Virus record (IMG/VR): IMGVR_UViG_3300037484_000530 | Coordinates: 1 to 24,007 of that record | Origin: a virus | Taxonomy: Duplodnaviria; Caudoviricetes | Length of the DNA: 24,007 nt | Reading direction: 5' to 3' (one strand) | Part shown: one piece after another, positions 16,189 to 23,703 of the stretch | How the letters are laid out: the number at the start of each line of letters is the position of its first letter | How positions within the stretch are numbered: position 1 is the first letter of the stretch | The notes under the pieces: model-generated | What the model was told of the DNA's origin: nothing | Database searches by the model: none | What the model saw: only the letters and a program-made list of their open reading frames with translations | Made by a program: the position numbers and the translations under genes

Positions 16189-18517
16189 CACCGAGACCTG
16201 CGGATTCCATGGCCTTGCCGTCCTACTACAATACGCTGTCGAGGACGGCCCGATCACGCTATTCGAGCCGTGGCGGAGACCGTTCAAAGATACCATCGCT
16301 CTGATCGAGTGGATGGTCACGCATAACATCATCGGCTTCAACCTGGCGTTCGACTGGTTCCACATCAACAAACTCTACACGACGTGGCTCCAATACATCA
16401 AGAACGGCGGGTCGCCGGACGATATCCCGTACCATAACATCGATGAAGTGGCCGTCGCGGAAGAACAGGCACGCTTCCTGCGGATTTGCGTCAAGCCGAT
16501 AAGCGCGCTAGACCTGATGTTGCACGCCCGCAAGGGTCCGTTCCAAAGTCTCATGTCCCGCAACGATATTCGCGTGCGTCGCGTGCCTGAGATTATGGCC
16601 GAGCGTCTCAGGACTGAACTAGAAAATAGAGTCTGCCTCGACGGTATCTACTTCAAGAAGCGGAAGAACCAGTACGCTCCGAAGTGGGGAATCTACGATT
16701 CCGTGGACAAAGACGGAAATGTTGATCCCAACTTCAAGGACGTGGTTCTGAAGTTCAATCCTGAAGCCGGTCTGAAAGCACTGGCGGAGTATGTTCTCGG
16801 AGTCAAGTCTGAGAATATTCTCACGATGAGCGACCACCTGCCCGAGAAGTTCATGCCGGAAGAAGTCGGCTACGCACCATTCGCAAAGGCGCTAGGACGT
16901 CCTGGTCGGTGGAACGGGGCGTGGCCGGAAGTCATTGATAGGCACATCTTGCATTGGGCATTTAACGCTCGTGCGAGGAAATACGCGACAGACGATATCG
17001 TCTACACCCGCGGCTTGCATCAACACTCAAGTTTTGCTGAAGCCGTTATGGGTGATGATGACAGCGTGTTAGCTTGCATGGTCGGAGCCGTGCGTTGGCG
17101 AAGCTTTCGCGTTGATCTTGAACGAATCAAGCGGCAACGATCTGAAGCCACCCTCAGAGCCGCCAGAGCACCTACTGCACCCAGTGCGGTGATGCGTTGG
17201 TTGGGGTTGGTCATGGACGACGACGAGCGTAAGATATTAGAATCACGAGGAACTGGGGACGTCATTCTTCAGGAAATCGGCGGAACTATCGAAGAGGAAA
17301 AATGTGAGTGCAAAGGTAACAACAAAGAGTGTACCCAGTGTGGTGGGTCAGGTACGATTGAGAAATACGTCGATTACTGGGAAACCGAAGACGGCGACCC
17401 TCACCCTGCGGCTGAACGTGCCCGCGAGGTCAGGAAGGCCCGCGCCGCCAACAAGGAAATAGAACTCTACGACAAGTTGCTCCAGGCGGGGAGATTCCAT
17501 GCCTCGTTCGTCGTGATCGGCACGCTGTCCACACGCATGTCTGGCTCGGACGGCCTGAATCCGCAGGGCATCATCGGCTCTAAGTATGTCCGCGAATGCT
17601 TCCTACTGGCGGACGAGGACGAGCAACTAGACGGCGGCGACTTCGCTAGTTTTGAGGTTTGTATCTCGGCCGCAGTCTACAACGACAAGGGTCTTGAGGC
17701 CGATATCAAGTCTGGCAAAAAGATTCACGCTCTGTTCGCCGAGGCGCTCTTTCCGGATCAGACCTACGATTCGATCATGGAGTCCAAAGGCAGCAAGACC
17801 GGCCGCGACTTTTACACGGACGGAAAGCGCGGTGTGTTTGGTTTGAACTACGGCGGCAATGCCGATACTCTCGTCAAGCGACTTGGCGTCATCAAGGAAA
17901 CTGCCGAACAGGCATTCGCTCGTTTCGAGAAACGCTATCCTGGCGTCAAGAGAGCCAGAATGCGGATTATTGATATGTTCTGCTCAATGCGTCAGCCGAG
18001 AGGCATCGGGACGCAAGTGGAGTGGCATGATCCGGCCGACAAGATCGAGTCCTTGCTTGGGTTCCCCAGATACTTCACCCTTGAGAATAAAATCTGCAAG
18101 GCTCTGTACGATCTGGCTCAAAGCCCGCCGGAAGAATGGAGAGAGGTACGTGTCAAAGTTGTACGTAGAGATCGAACTCAGTCCGCCGCTGGGGCTTGCC
18201 AGTCAGCACTTTACGGTGCGGCTTTTGGACTCCAAGGGTCGTGTATGCGAGCGGCAGCTAACCACGTCATACAGTCAACTGGTGCAGGCATCACGAAGGC
18301 TGTGCAACGTGCTATCTGGGAACTGCAAGAAGCAGGCATCCACTTATTCAGGGTGTCACCGCTGAATATACACGACGAAATCATGGCTCCATGTTCCCCA
18401 GAAATGAGTTCAAAAGTAACGGAGACTGTACAGAAGAAGGTCGAGGAGTATCGGCCGATCGTTCCTTTGATAGCGATTGATTGGGGTTCTAAACTCAAAA
18501 GCTGGGCGTCAAAATGA
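16112..18517 (+). CDS. polA: Family A DNA polymerase with 3'-5' exonuclease domain (phage PolA)
   Basis: ExoI YLDTET, ExoII GFNLAFD, ExoIII YATDD; TRMSGSDGLNPQGI; motif A DFASFE, motif B GKRGVFGLNYG, motif C IHDE; GAGGAG RBS before ATG 16112. Confidence 0.92.
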   Translation: MILPPTLPETSGDSAIETLTKNLYLDTETCGFHGLAVLLQYAVEDGPITLFEPWRRPFKDTIALIEWMVTHNIIGFNLAFDWFHINKLYTTWLQYIKNGGSPDDIPYHNIDEVAVAEEQARFLRICVKPISALDLMLHARKGPFQSLMSRNDIRVRRVPEIMAERLRTELENRVCLDGIYFKKRKNQYAPKWGIYDSVDKDGNVDPNFKDVVLKFNPEAGLKALAEYVLGVKSENILTMSDHLPEKFMPEEVGYAPFAKALGRPGRWNGAWPEVIDRHILHWAFNARARKYATDDIVYTRGLHQHSSFAEAVMGDDDSVLACMVGAVRWRSFRVDLERIKRQRSEATLRAARAPTAPSAVMRWLGLVMDDDERKILESRGTGDVILQEIGGTIEEEKCECKGNNKECTQCGGSGTIEKYVDYWETEDGDPHPAAERAREVRKARAANKEIELYDKLLQAGRFHASFVVIGTLSTRMSGSDGLNPQGIIGSKYVRECFLLADEDEQLDGGDFASFEVCISAAVYNDKGLEADIKSGKKIHALFAEALFPDQTYDSIMESKGSKTGRDFYTDGKRGVFGLNYGGNADTLVKRLGVIKETAEQAFARFEKRYPGVKRARMRIIDMFCSMRQPRGIGTQVEWHDPADKIESLLGFPRYFTLENKICKALYDLAQSPPEEWREVRVKVVRRDRTQSAAGACQSALYGAAFGLQGSCMRAAANHVIQSTGAGITKAVQRAIWELQEAGIHLFRVSPLNIHDEIMAPCSPEMSSKVTETVQKKVEEYRPIVPLIAIDWGSKLKSWASK

Positions 18518-18744
18518 GCATCTACGAACACATGGGAACCATGATGGAGTTGTTAGGCGACCTGATCGTGAAGAGCGCTCATTGTCAACTCGGTCCAGCC
18601 GATGGTGCCTTATACATGCAACTTTGTTCCACGGTCGAAGAATGGGCCAAAGTGGTAGAGAGGAGCCTTGATGCAGGCCCAAGCCAACGCAACGACAATC
18701 CAAGTCCTCGTTCGGAGGGAGACGCTGAATCTCCGAGCAATTGA
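18514..18744 (+). CDS. Hypothetical protein
   Basis: ATGA-coupled to the polymerase stop. Confidence 0.55.
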   Translation: MSIYEHMGTMMELLGDLIVKSAHCQLGPADGALYMQLCSTVEEWAKVVERSLDAGPSQRNDNPSPRSEGDAESPSN

Positions 18745-19015
18745 CCGGATCATACAATCTGACGTTTTCGTCGACGCATGGCGGCAGGCGACCGTGCAGC
18801 AACGCGAGCAACTATTGCAAGTCCTTGGCAACAAGGATCTAGCTGGCGTGAAGCGATGGGTCGATGCCGTAGGGCCGCGTAACGTGGCCGACTTATCTTA
18901 CCGGGATCTGCGGGACTTGGCTCAACGACACTTGGTCCCGCGATATAGCCGTCTCGACAAAGAGCAACTTATCACGGCATTACGAGGCATAAATGACGAC
19001 TCGATCGCTAAGTGA
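18671..19015 (+). CDS. Protein with C-terminal Rho-N / HeH-like nucleic-acid-binding domain
   Basis: DLSYRDLRDLAQRHLVPRYSRLDKEQLITAL matches the Rho N-terminal helix-extension-helix pattern; AGGAG RBS. Confidence 0.7.
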   Translation: MQAQANATTIQVLVRRETLNLRAIDRIIQSDVFVDAWRQATVQQREQLLQVLGNKDLAGVKRWVDAVGPRNVADLSYRDLRDLAQRHLVPRYSRLDKEQLITALRGINDDSIAK

Positions 19016-19451
19016 CATTCAAGGGCTACTCGACGAGGTTCGCCCGTTCCTCATCATGGCGGGTGTGCCGACGAGACGTGCTCAGATCGCCAAGGGCCTT
19101 GATTATAAAATCAAACAGTGTGCCCGAGCGTTCGACTGGCTGCACCAGTTCTCGCTCAGCCCACAGTTTGAGAAGTTCAAGCAAGTGCGTGCCCTCCGGC
19201 CCGAGGACGTGTGGATCAATTATGCGAATCTTGGTATTACCGGCTTGCGTGAACAGGTTATGTTGAAGGAAGCCGGTAAGGCTCTGATGCTTCGTTGGAA
19301 CGTGAAACGTCCCCGTATGTTCGGCCCAGACAAGCCACCGAAAGAGGAATATCATGAGATCGAAGGGTGTCAACAAGAAGCGAATTGCCCAGGTTCTGAG
19401 GAACAGTGTGTTCAGCCCGACGGAGACGGGACCGCTGAAGGTGATTGCTGA
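18993..19451 (+). CDS. Hypothetical protein
   Basis: ORF in operon with GAGG RBS; carries a 16-bp motif at 19099. Confidence 0.6.
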   Translation: MTTRSLSDIQGLLDEVRPFLIMAGVPTRRAQIAKGLDYKIKQCARAFDWLHQFSLSPQFEKFKQVRALRPEDVWINYANLGITGLREQVMLKEAGKALMLRWNVKRPRMFGPDKPPKEEYHEIEGCQQEANCPGSEEQCVQPDGDGTAEGDC

Positions 19452-19806
19452 GTGTGGCGATCCGCGATATTACAAGCAGCGGGCCATCGAATTGATTCGC
19501 ACGTCCGTTGACACGCCATTCGCCGGCGACGAGATTCAGATGGCAATATCGCTGTTGGCTTTGGCGATCGTCGAGAGTCAACTCAAGAACAACGCAGAGT
19601 TGCTCAAGTACGTGAAGCCTATCGAAAAGCCGTCGCACGTCCCTCCGAAGTCAAACCGCCCTGACTGTGGCGGCGGCATGGACCGTGGTCCCGATTACCC
19701 AGTCACTTGCGGAGGTCAGGGTCTCGAAGACATTGATGACCTGGTAGCCTGCCGCAAAGATCCTGACTACGTCGAAAATATGAGTCGTCAGGGAGGCATG
19801 CACTGA
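19354..19806 (+). CDS. Hypothetical protein
   Basis: GAGGA RBS; its stop overlaps the next start (TGATG). Confidence 0.6.
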   Translation: MRSKGVNKKRIAQVLRNSVFSPTETGPLKVIAECGDPRYYKQRAIELIRTSVDTPFAGDEIQMAISLLALAIVESQLKNNAELLKYVKPIEKPSHVPPKSNRPDCGGGMDRGPDYPVTCGGQGLEDIDDLVACRKDPDYVENMSRQGGMH

Positions 19807-20222
19807 TGCTCCGATCCGCCGCAAGAAACACAGTCTATGTTGCGATTGACGGGGAGCGTGCGTACCAGGACACTCTCGGACCTGACCGGACAGATGGCGA
19901 AAAGAGAACAGTTGGCGATTACATCACCATGCTGTCTCGGTACGTCCGATTGGCACAGGACGCTTGGACGGACAACCCTGGCAACACTCAGGCTCTTGAT
20001 ATTATGCGCAAAGTCGCTGGGATCGCTGTTCACTGTATGGAGGATCACGGCATCGTAACGCGTGCAGTTCCAAGCAAAGGCGTTCCCTATCCTGAAGGCA
20101 AAATGCCGTCCTTCATAGATTTCGTGAAAAGTGGAGATTTCTCAAGAAGATGGCTGGACGTTGCTGAGGAAATCCTCAACCCGTCGCCAGATTCCGATGA
20201 GATGAAAGCGTCCCTTTATTAA
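19806..20222 (+). CDS. Hypothetical protein, possibly a degenerate MazG-like all-alpha NTP pyrophosphohydrolase fold
   Basis: 'AIDGERAYQD' and 'MRKVAGIAVHCME' resemble phage MazG-like proteins, but the EExxE metal motif is not evident; GGAGG RBS. Confidence 0.45.
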   Translation: MLRSAARNTVYVAIDGERAYQDTLGPDRTDGEKRTVGDYITMLSRYVRLAQDAWTDNPGNTQALDIMRKVAGIAVHCMEDHGIVTRAVPSKGVPYPEGKMPSFIDFVKSGDFSRRWLDVAEEILNPSPDSDEMKASLY

Positions 20223-20234
20223 ATCGAGAACCAA

Positions 20235-20432
20235 ATGAACATCTTCGCTTGGGCCGCAACCTTTGGATTCACTGTCAAACAAGAACGCGGTAGCTCCAAC
20301 ACTTACGACGTAACGATTCGGTGCAACACCACCAGCTTCACCCTCACGCCCGGTCAGATTTTCGAGGACGGTTTGCGGGGTGCTCTGTTTGAACTCTACC
20401 AGGATATTGAACCCAAGCCGAGGAAACGATGA
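20235..20432 (+). CDS. Hypothetical protein
   Basis: 65-aa ORF abutting the next gene. Confidence 0.55.
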   Translation: MNIFAWAATFGFTVKQERGSSNTYDVTIRCNTTSFTLTPGQIFEDGLRGALFELYQDIEPKPRKR

Positions 20433-21140
20433 ATGGTCCTCATCAAGAAGATCCACTCCGGGAAAGGGCCGGAGAAGAAAATCCAGGAGGACCTAATCAA
20501 GTACCTCAGGATGCGGGACTGGTTCGTCCGCCCGACACACGGAGGCAGCTACCAAGCCGGCGTGCCTGACTTGTACGCTGTAAAACGCCGGTACGGCGCT
20601 CGGTGGATCGAAATGAAGAATGTGGTGAACTACCGCTTCACGGACGATCAGATGCGAGTCTTCCCGCAGTTCTCGAAGAATGGTGTCGGAATCTGGGTGC
20701 TTCAGGGAGCGACAGACGACGACTACAACAGGCTCTTCGGTGCTCCGAATTGGGCATCATACTTGCCGGTGGCACAAGTCTACACCCGGAATCGCACCCG
20801 CAAGGAAGTGATTCGAGCACCGTTGAAGAAGGCCGGGAGCGGCCCGGAAATGGTGATTCAGGAGAAGATAATCAAGGCTCTTGAAGCGGACGGTTGGTAC
20901 TGCTTAACAATGGCAGGCTGTCTGTTTCAAAGCGGCTTTCCCGATATCTTCGTTTGCAAGAAGGGTTGCGGTACGCGTTGGGTGGAAGTCAAAAATCCAG
21001 CCGGCTACCAGTTCACCGGCGCTCAGCTTGAGACGTTTCCGCGTATGATGGCTGAAGGCGTCGGCATTTGGATATTAACCTCAGAGACCCAGATTGACCG
21101 GCTAAACGGCAAACCTAACTGGACGGAGTACCTCAAGTGA
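20433..21140 (+). CDS. Tandem two-domain VRR-NUC / PD-(D/E)xK nuclease (Holliday-junction-resolvase-like)
   Basis: Two homologous halves: GPEKKIQ..GVPDL..RWIEMKN..FTDDQ..GVGIWVL..PNW and GPEMVIQ..GFPDI..RWVEVKN..FTGAQ..GVGIWIL..PNW. Confidence 0.85.
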   Translation: MVLIKKIHSGKGPEKKIQEDLIKYLRMRDWFVRPTHGGSYQAGVPDLYAVKRRYGARWIEMKNVVNYRFTDDQMRVFPQFSKNGVGIWVLQGATDDDYNRLFGAPNWASYLPVAQVYTRNRTRKEVIRAPLKKAGSGPEMVIQEKIIKALEADGWYCLTMAGCLFQSGFPDIFVCKKGCGTRWVEVKNPAGYQFTGAQLETFPRMMAEGVGIWILTSETQIDRLNGKPNWTEYLK

Positions 21141-21376
21141 GCAGTATTCTGGTGTTCACTCGTTTGGACGGCACGCGTCTCGCGATTGATCGCTACGCGT
21201 TCAATTCGATACGTGAGGAACTGAACGGTAGCGTGAAACTGATTCGGGTGTTCTATACCCGCGGCGATGAGTCCCAAGACGCTCTGATCCAAGAATCCTT
21301 CGACGGGGTTCTCGAACAGATCAGGGCAATAGACGATCCTCTAGGAGTGCAGAAATGTGCGACAAGTTCGTCCTGA
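21137..21376 (+). CDS. FlbD/SwrD-like small protein, copy 1
   Basis: FTRLDGTRLAID...IREE...IQESFDGVLEQI resembles the FlbD pattern (LTRLNG..F.LN...IE..E...V.ES..EV...I). Confidence 0.55.
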   Translation: MSSILVFTRLDGTRLAIDRYAFNSIREELNGSVKLIRVFYTRGDESQDALIQESFDGVLEQIRAIDDPLGVQKCATSSS

Positions 21377-21591
21377 CACAGAAGAACGGCGCTCGGATCA
21401 TGATCGAGCGTCATACCGTGAGTATGGTGGAAGAAGTGGTCGGCGATGAGTCAGCTATCGTTACCCACGCGATGTACGGTGAGCCGCACGCAATCAAGGT
21501 TCTCGAATCATTCGATGCCGTGATGGCGATGCTCTATCCGGAGGAACATTCTCCCGATTCGATGACGGCGCAGCCAGGAGGAATGTATTGA
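21355..21591 (+). CDS. FlbD/SwrD-like small protein, copy 2
   Basis: LTQKNGARIMIE...VEEV...VLESFDAVMAML; paralogous to the preceding ORF; AGGAG RBS. Confidence 0.55.
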   Translation: MCDKFVLTQKNGARIMIERHTVSMVEEVVGDESAIVTHAMYGEPHAIKVLESFDAVMAMLYPEEHSPDSMTAQPGGMY

Positions 21592-22049
21592 ACCCTGAAC
21601 TCGTGTTCGTTATCATCAAACCGGACGCTTTGGAGCGCGGCCTGTGCGGGAGAATTATCTCACGCATCGAGGACACGTATCTCCGAATCGACGGTATGCA
21701 ATCTCGACGCAAGACACGGGCCTGGTGCGACGTGCATTACGCCCACCTGCGGCAACTGTCGTTCTACGATAAGCTGGTTGAGTTCATGACCACAAGGTCG
21801 ATTCTGGGCTTCGGCGTCTCTGGCCCCAACGCGATCAAGCGAATGAGGGCGCTTATTGGTCCGACGAAGCCTTGGGAAGCTCCGCCCGGAACGATCCGCG
21901 GCGACTTCGGCGGTTATCCTGCAATGTACAACCTGATACACGCGTCTGATTCTGAAATCAATGCTCACAACGAGCTACAATGGTTCTATGATATCGTGAC
22001 AGACGCGCGGCCGGAGACAGCCAATGCCAATTCGGGAGTGTCGTCTTAA
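21588..22049 (+). CDS. ndk: Nucleoside diphosphate kinase
   Basis: IIKPDALERGL, HYAHL, APPGTIRGDFG, catalytic NLIHASDS; AGGAGG RBS before the TTG start. Confidence 0.95.
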   Translation: MNPELVFVIIKPDALERGLCGRIISRIEDTYLRIDGMQSRRKTRAWCDVHYAHLRQLSFYDKLVEFMTTRSILGFGVSGPNAIKRMRALIGPTKPWEAPPGTIRGDFGGYPAMYNLIHASDSEINAHNELQWFYDIVTDARPETANANSGVSS

Positions 22050-22191
22050 CGGGAAGCCTGGGTACAAGTACGGTGAGAGTGGCAAGTGCTACACGTACAC
22101 ACCCGGCAACACCCAATCGCGTGTCGCGGCTCGACAAAAGGCCGAGAAACAAGCGGCTGCTATCAAAGCGAGTCAAGCGAGGGAAAAATGA
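22024..22191 (+). CDS. Small basic hypothetical protein (55 aa, not in ORF track)
   Basis: MPIRECRLNGKPGYKYGESGKCYTYTPGNTQSRVAARQKAEKQAAAIKASQAREK. GGAG RBS; its stop overlaps ATG 22188. Confidence 0.7.
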   Translation: MPIRECRLNGKPGYKYGESGKCYTYTPGNTQSRVAARQKAEKQAAAIKASQAREK

Positions 22192-22661
22192 ACGTAGGCG
22201 TCTATTTCGACTTGTCCGACCTCTATCATCGCGTCAACAGACGCTTTGGTCGGAAACTCAATTATGGTGCGGTGCTGGAGAGCTTCAAGTTCTTCGGCAA
22301 CATTTCACGCTCGTGTGCCTACGGTATCCAGATGACGAACGAAGCAAGCAGCTTCATCGCGTGCCTGGAACGGGTCGGCATCTACGCTCGATTCAAGCGA
22401 CCCGAAATCATCCGTTGCGGTGATCGTGAAATCAAGCGGGCGAACTGGGAAGCCCAGATGGCTCTCGATATCGTACGTGACATAGAGGCGAGCGAACTGG
22501 GCATCGTGATTCTCGGCTCTGGCAGCGCACGCATGGTGCCGCTGGTGGAGTACGTACGTGAGCGCGGGGTGAAGTGTCTCGCGTTCGGCGTCGGCATTGA
22601 GAAGGAACTCAAGAAGGTAGTGGACGGTGTAATCGACGTGAATCCGGACGCCCTCGAATGA
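22188..22661 (+). CDS. NYN (LabA/DUF88, PIN-like) domain protein with degenerate active site
   Basis: VGVYFDLSDLY, QMALDIV, VILGSGSARMVPLVEYVRERGVKC and ELKKVVDGVID match the NYN layout; the SGDGDF motif is replaced by SGSARM. Confidence 0.75.
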   Translation: MNVGVYFDLSDLYHRVNRRFGRKLNYGAVLESFKFFGNISRSCAYGIQMTNEASSFIACLERVGIYARFKRPEIIRCGDREIKRANWEAQMALDIVRDIEASELGIVILGSGSARMVPLVEYVRERGVKCLAFGVGIEKELKKVVDGVIDVNPDALE

Positions 22662-22739
22662 TCGGATTCTACGAGGAAGTCCCCGAAGGTATCTTGGTCG
22701 TGATGTATTGGCCTTTCAGACTCATACCAGGTATTGACT

Positions 22740-23090
22740 ATGATAACGTGCGGCCTGATTTCAGTAGCAGACGCGAGCAGCTTCAGCGAGGCGCTCAAGA
22801 TCGCGATCCAGAGGAACGGGATTCAGGAGAGTAATATCGCCCACATTAACTGCGCTTACGATGCTGTCAAGAACGGCTACATCGTACAGATCACGCACGT
22901 CCCGAATACGATCTGCGTCGGTGGCGTGCTTGACGGGTTGCACACGAGTCACACCGGGCAGGTATTCGTGACCGACAACGACCAGACGTACGTGAAGAAG
23001 CAATTTGGTCCGGTCTTGGCCTACGTCGAAAGCCGGCTGTCGTGCGACGATGTGATGGAAGCGCTTTTCAAAGTCTATGGTGCTAAATGA
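22740..23090 (+). CDS. Hypothetical protein
   Basis: 116-aa ORF whose stop is ATGA-coupled to the next gene. Confidence 0.6.
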   Translation: MITCGLISVADASSFSEALKIAIQRNGIQESNIAHINCAYDAVKNGYIVQITHVPNTICVGGVLDGLHTSHTGQVFVTDNDQTYVKKQFGPVLAYVESRLSCDDVMEALFKVYGAK

Positions 23091-23269
23091 ACGACCTCGA
23101 CGGAACCAAGCTGCTGGTGTTGGGACGCGAGGACGCCAAGCTACTCATGCGTTGTCTCGACGCCCCGAAGGATTTTGAAATCATACCTGAATGGATTCGG
23201 CTCTACAAGAAGATCAAGGAAGTGGCCGAGGATACTACGATCCCCGTTCCCTTCGGGAGCAACTGGTAA
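23087..23269 (+). CDS. Hypothetical protein
   Basis: ATGA and TAATG overlaps with both neighbours. Confidence 0.6.
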   Translation: MNDLDGTKLLVLGREDAKLLMRCLDAPKDFEIIPEWIRLYKKIKEVAEDTTIPVPFGSNW

Positions 23270-23703
23270 TGAGCACCACCCAAGAGATTCTGGTTAGCGA
23301 GCGTGAATTATTTGCGAAATACGGTTCGACAGCGGGTGACGTTAACCAACGTGCCTACCATTGCGCGCTCGAGAGAGCTGGTCTTATGGGTGTTGGTATT
23401 ATTGATTCCAGAATCGAATACCAAAGTCGTGACCAGTTATACCGAGTTTTCGTTGAGTATGAAGAACTGAAGCCGGTTGAGCCAGAAGGCATCACGATCT
23501 CAATCAAGGAAGCTCAGATGCTGTTTCACTATCTGGCCTCGCACGCGTGCCCATGGAGTGATTCTGACAATTGGATCAAACTATACGAGAGGTTGAAAAA
23601 TGCGTCCTCTGACCCAACCGAACCGATGGTCGTGCACGGTGGCAGCCGCGGCCATGTCTATGGACGTTCCCTTGGAGACCCTGATATCGACCATCGGCCA
23701 TGA
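23269..23703 (+). CDS. Hypothetical protein
   Basis: GGGAG RBS and TAATG overlap support ATG 23269. Confidence 0.6.
   Translation: MSTTQEILVSERELFAKYGSTAGDVNQRAYHCALERAGLMGVGIIDSRIEYQSRDQLYRVFVEYEELKPVEPEGITISIKEAQMLFHYLASHACPWSDSDNWIKLYERLKNASSDPTEPMVVHGGSRGHVYGRSLGDPDIDHRP

Noticed and set aside
30-22798. Numerous antisense or alternate-frame ORFs in the track (e.g. 30-545, 6296-6820, 8735-9355, 9601-10179, 11327-11896)
   Set aside because: They are wholly or largely nested in well-supported genes and have no recognisable motifs; expected in GC-rich coding DNA.
6-23703. Stop-codon reassignment: none of the called genes ends in TAG
   Set aside because: All conserved genes are intact in code 11 with no in-frame TAG and no suppressor tRNA is present; TAG rarity and ATGA coupling explain the bias.
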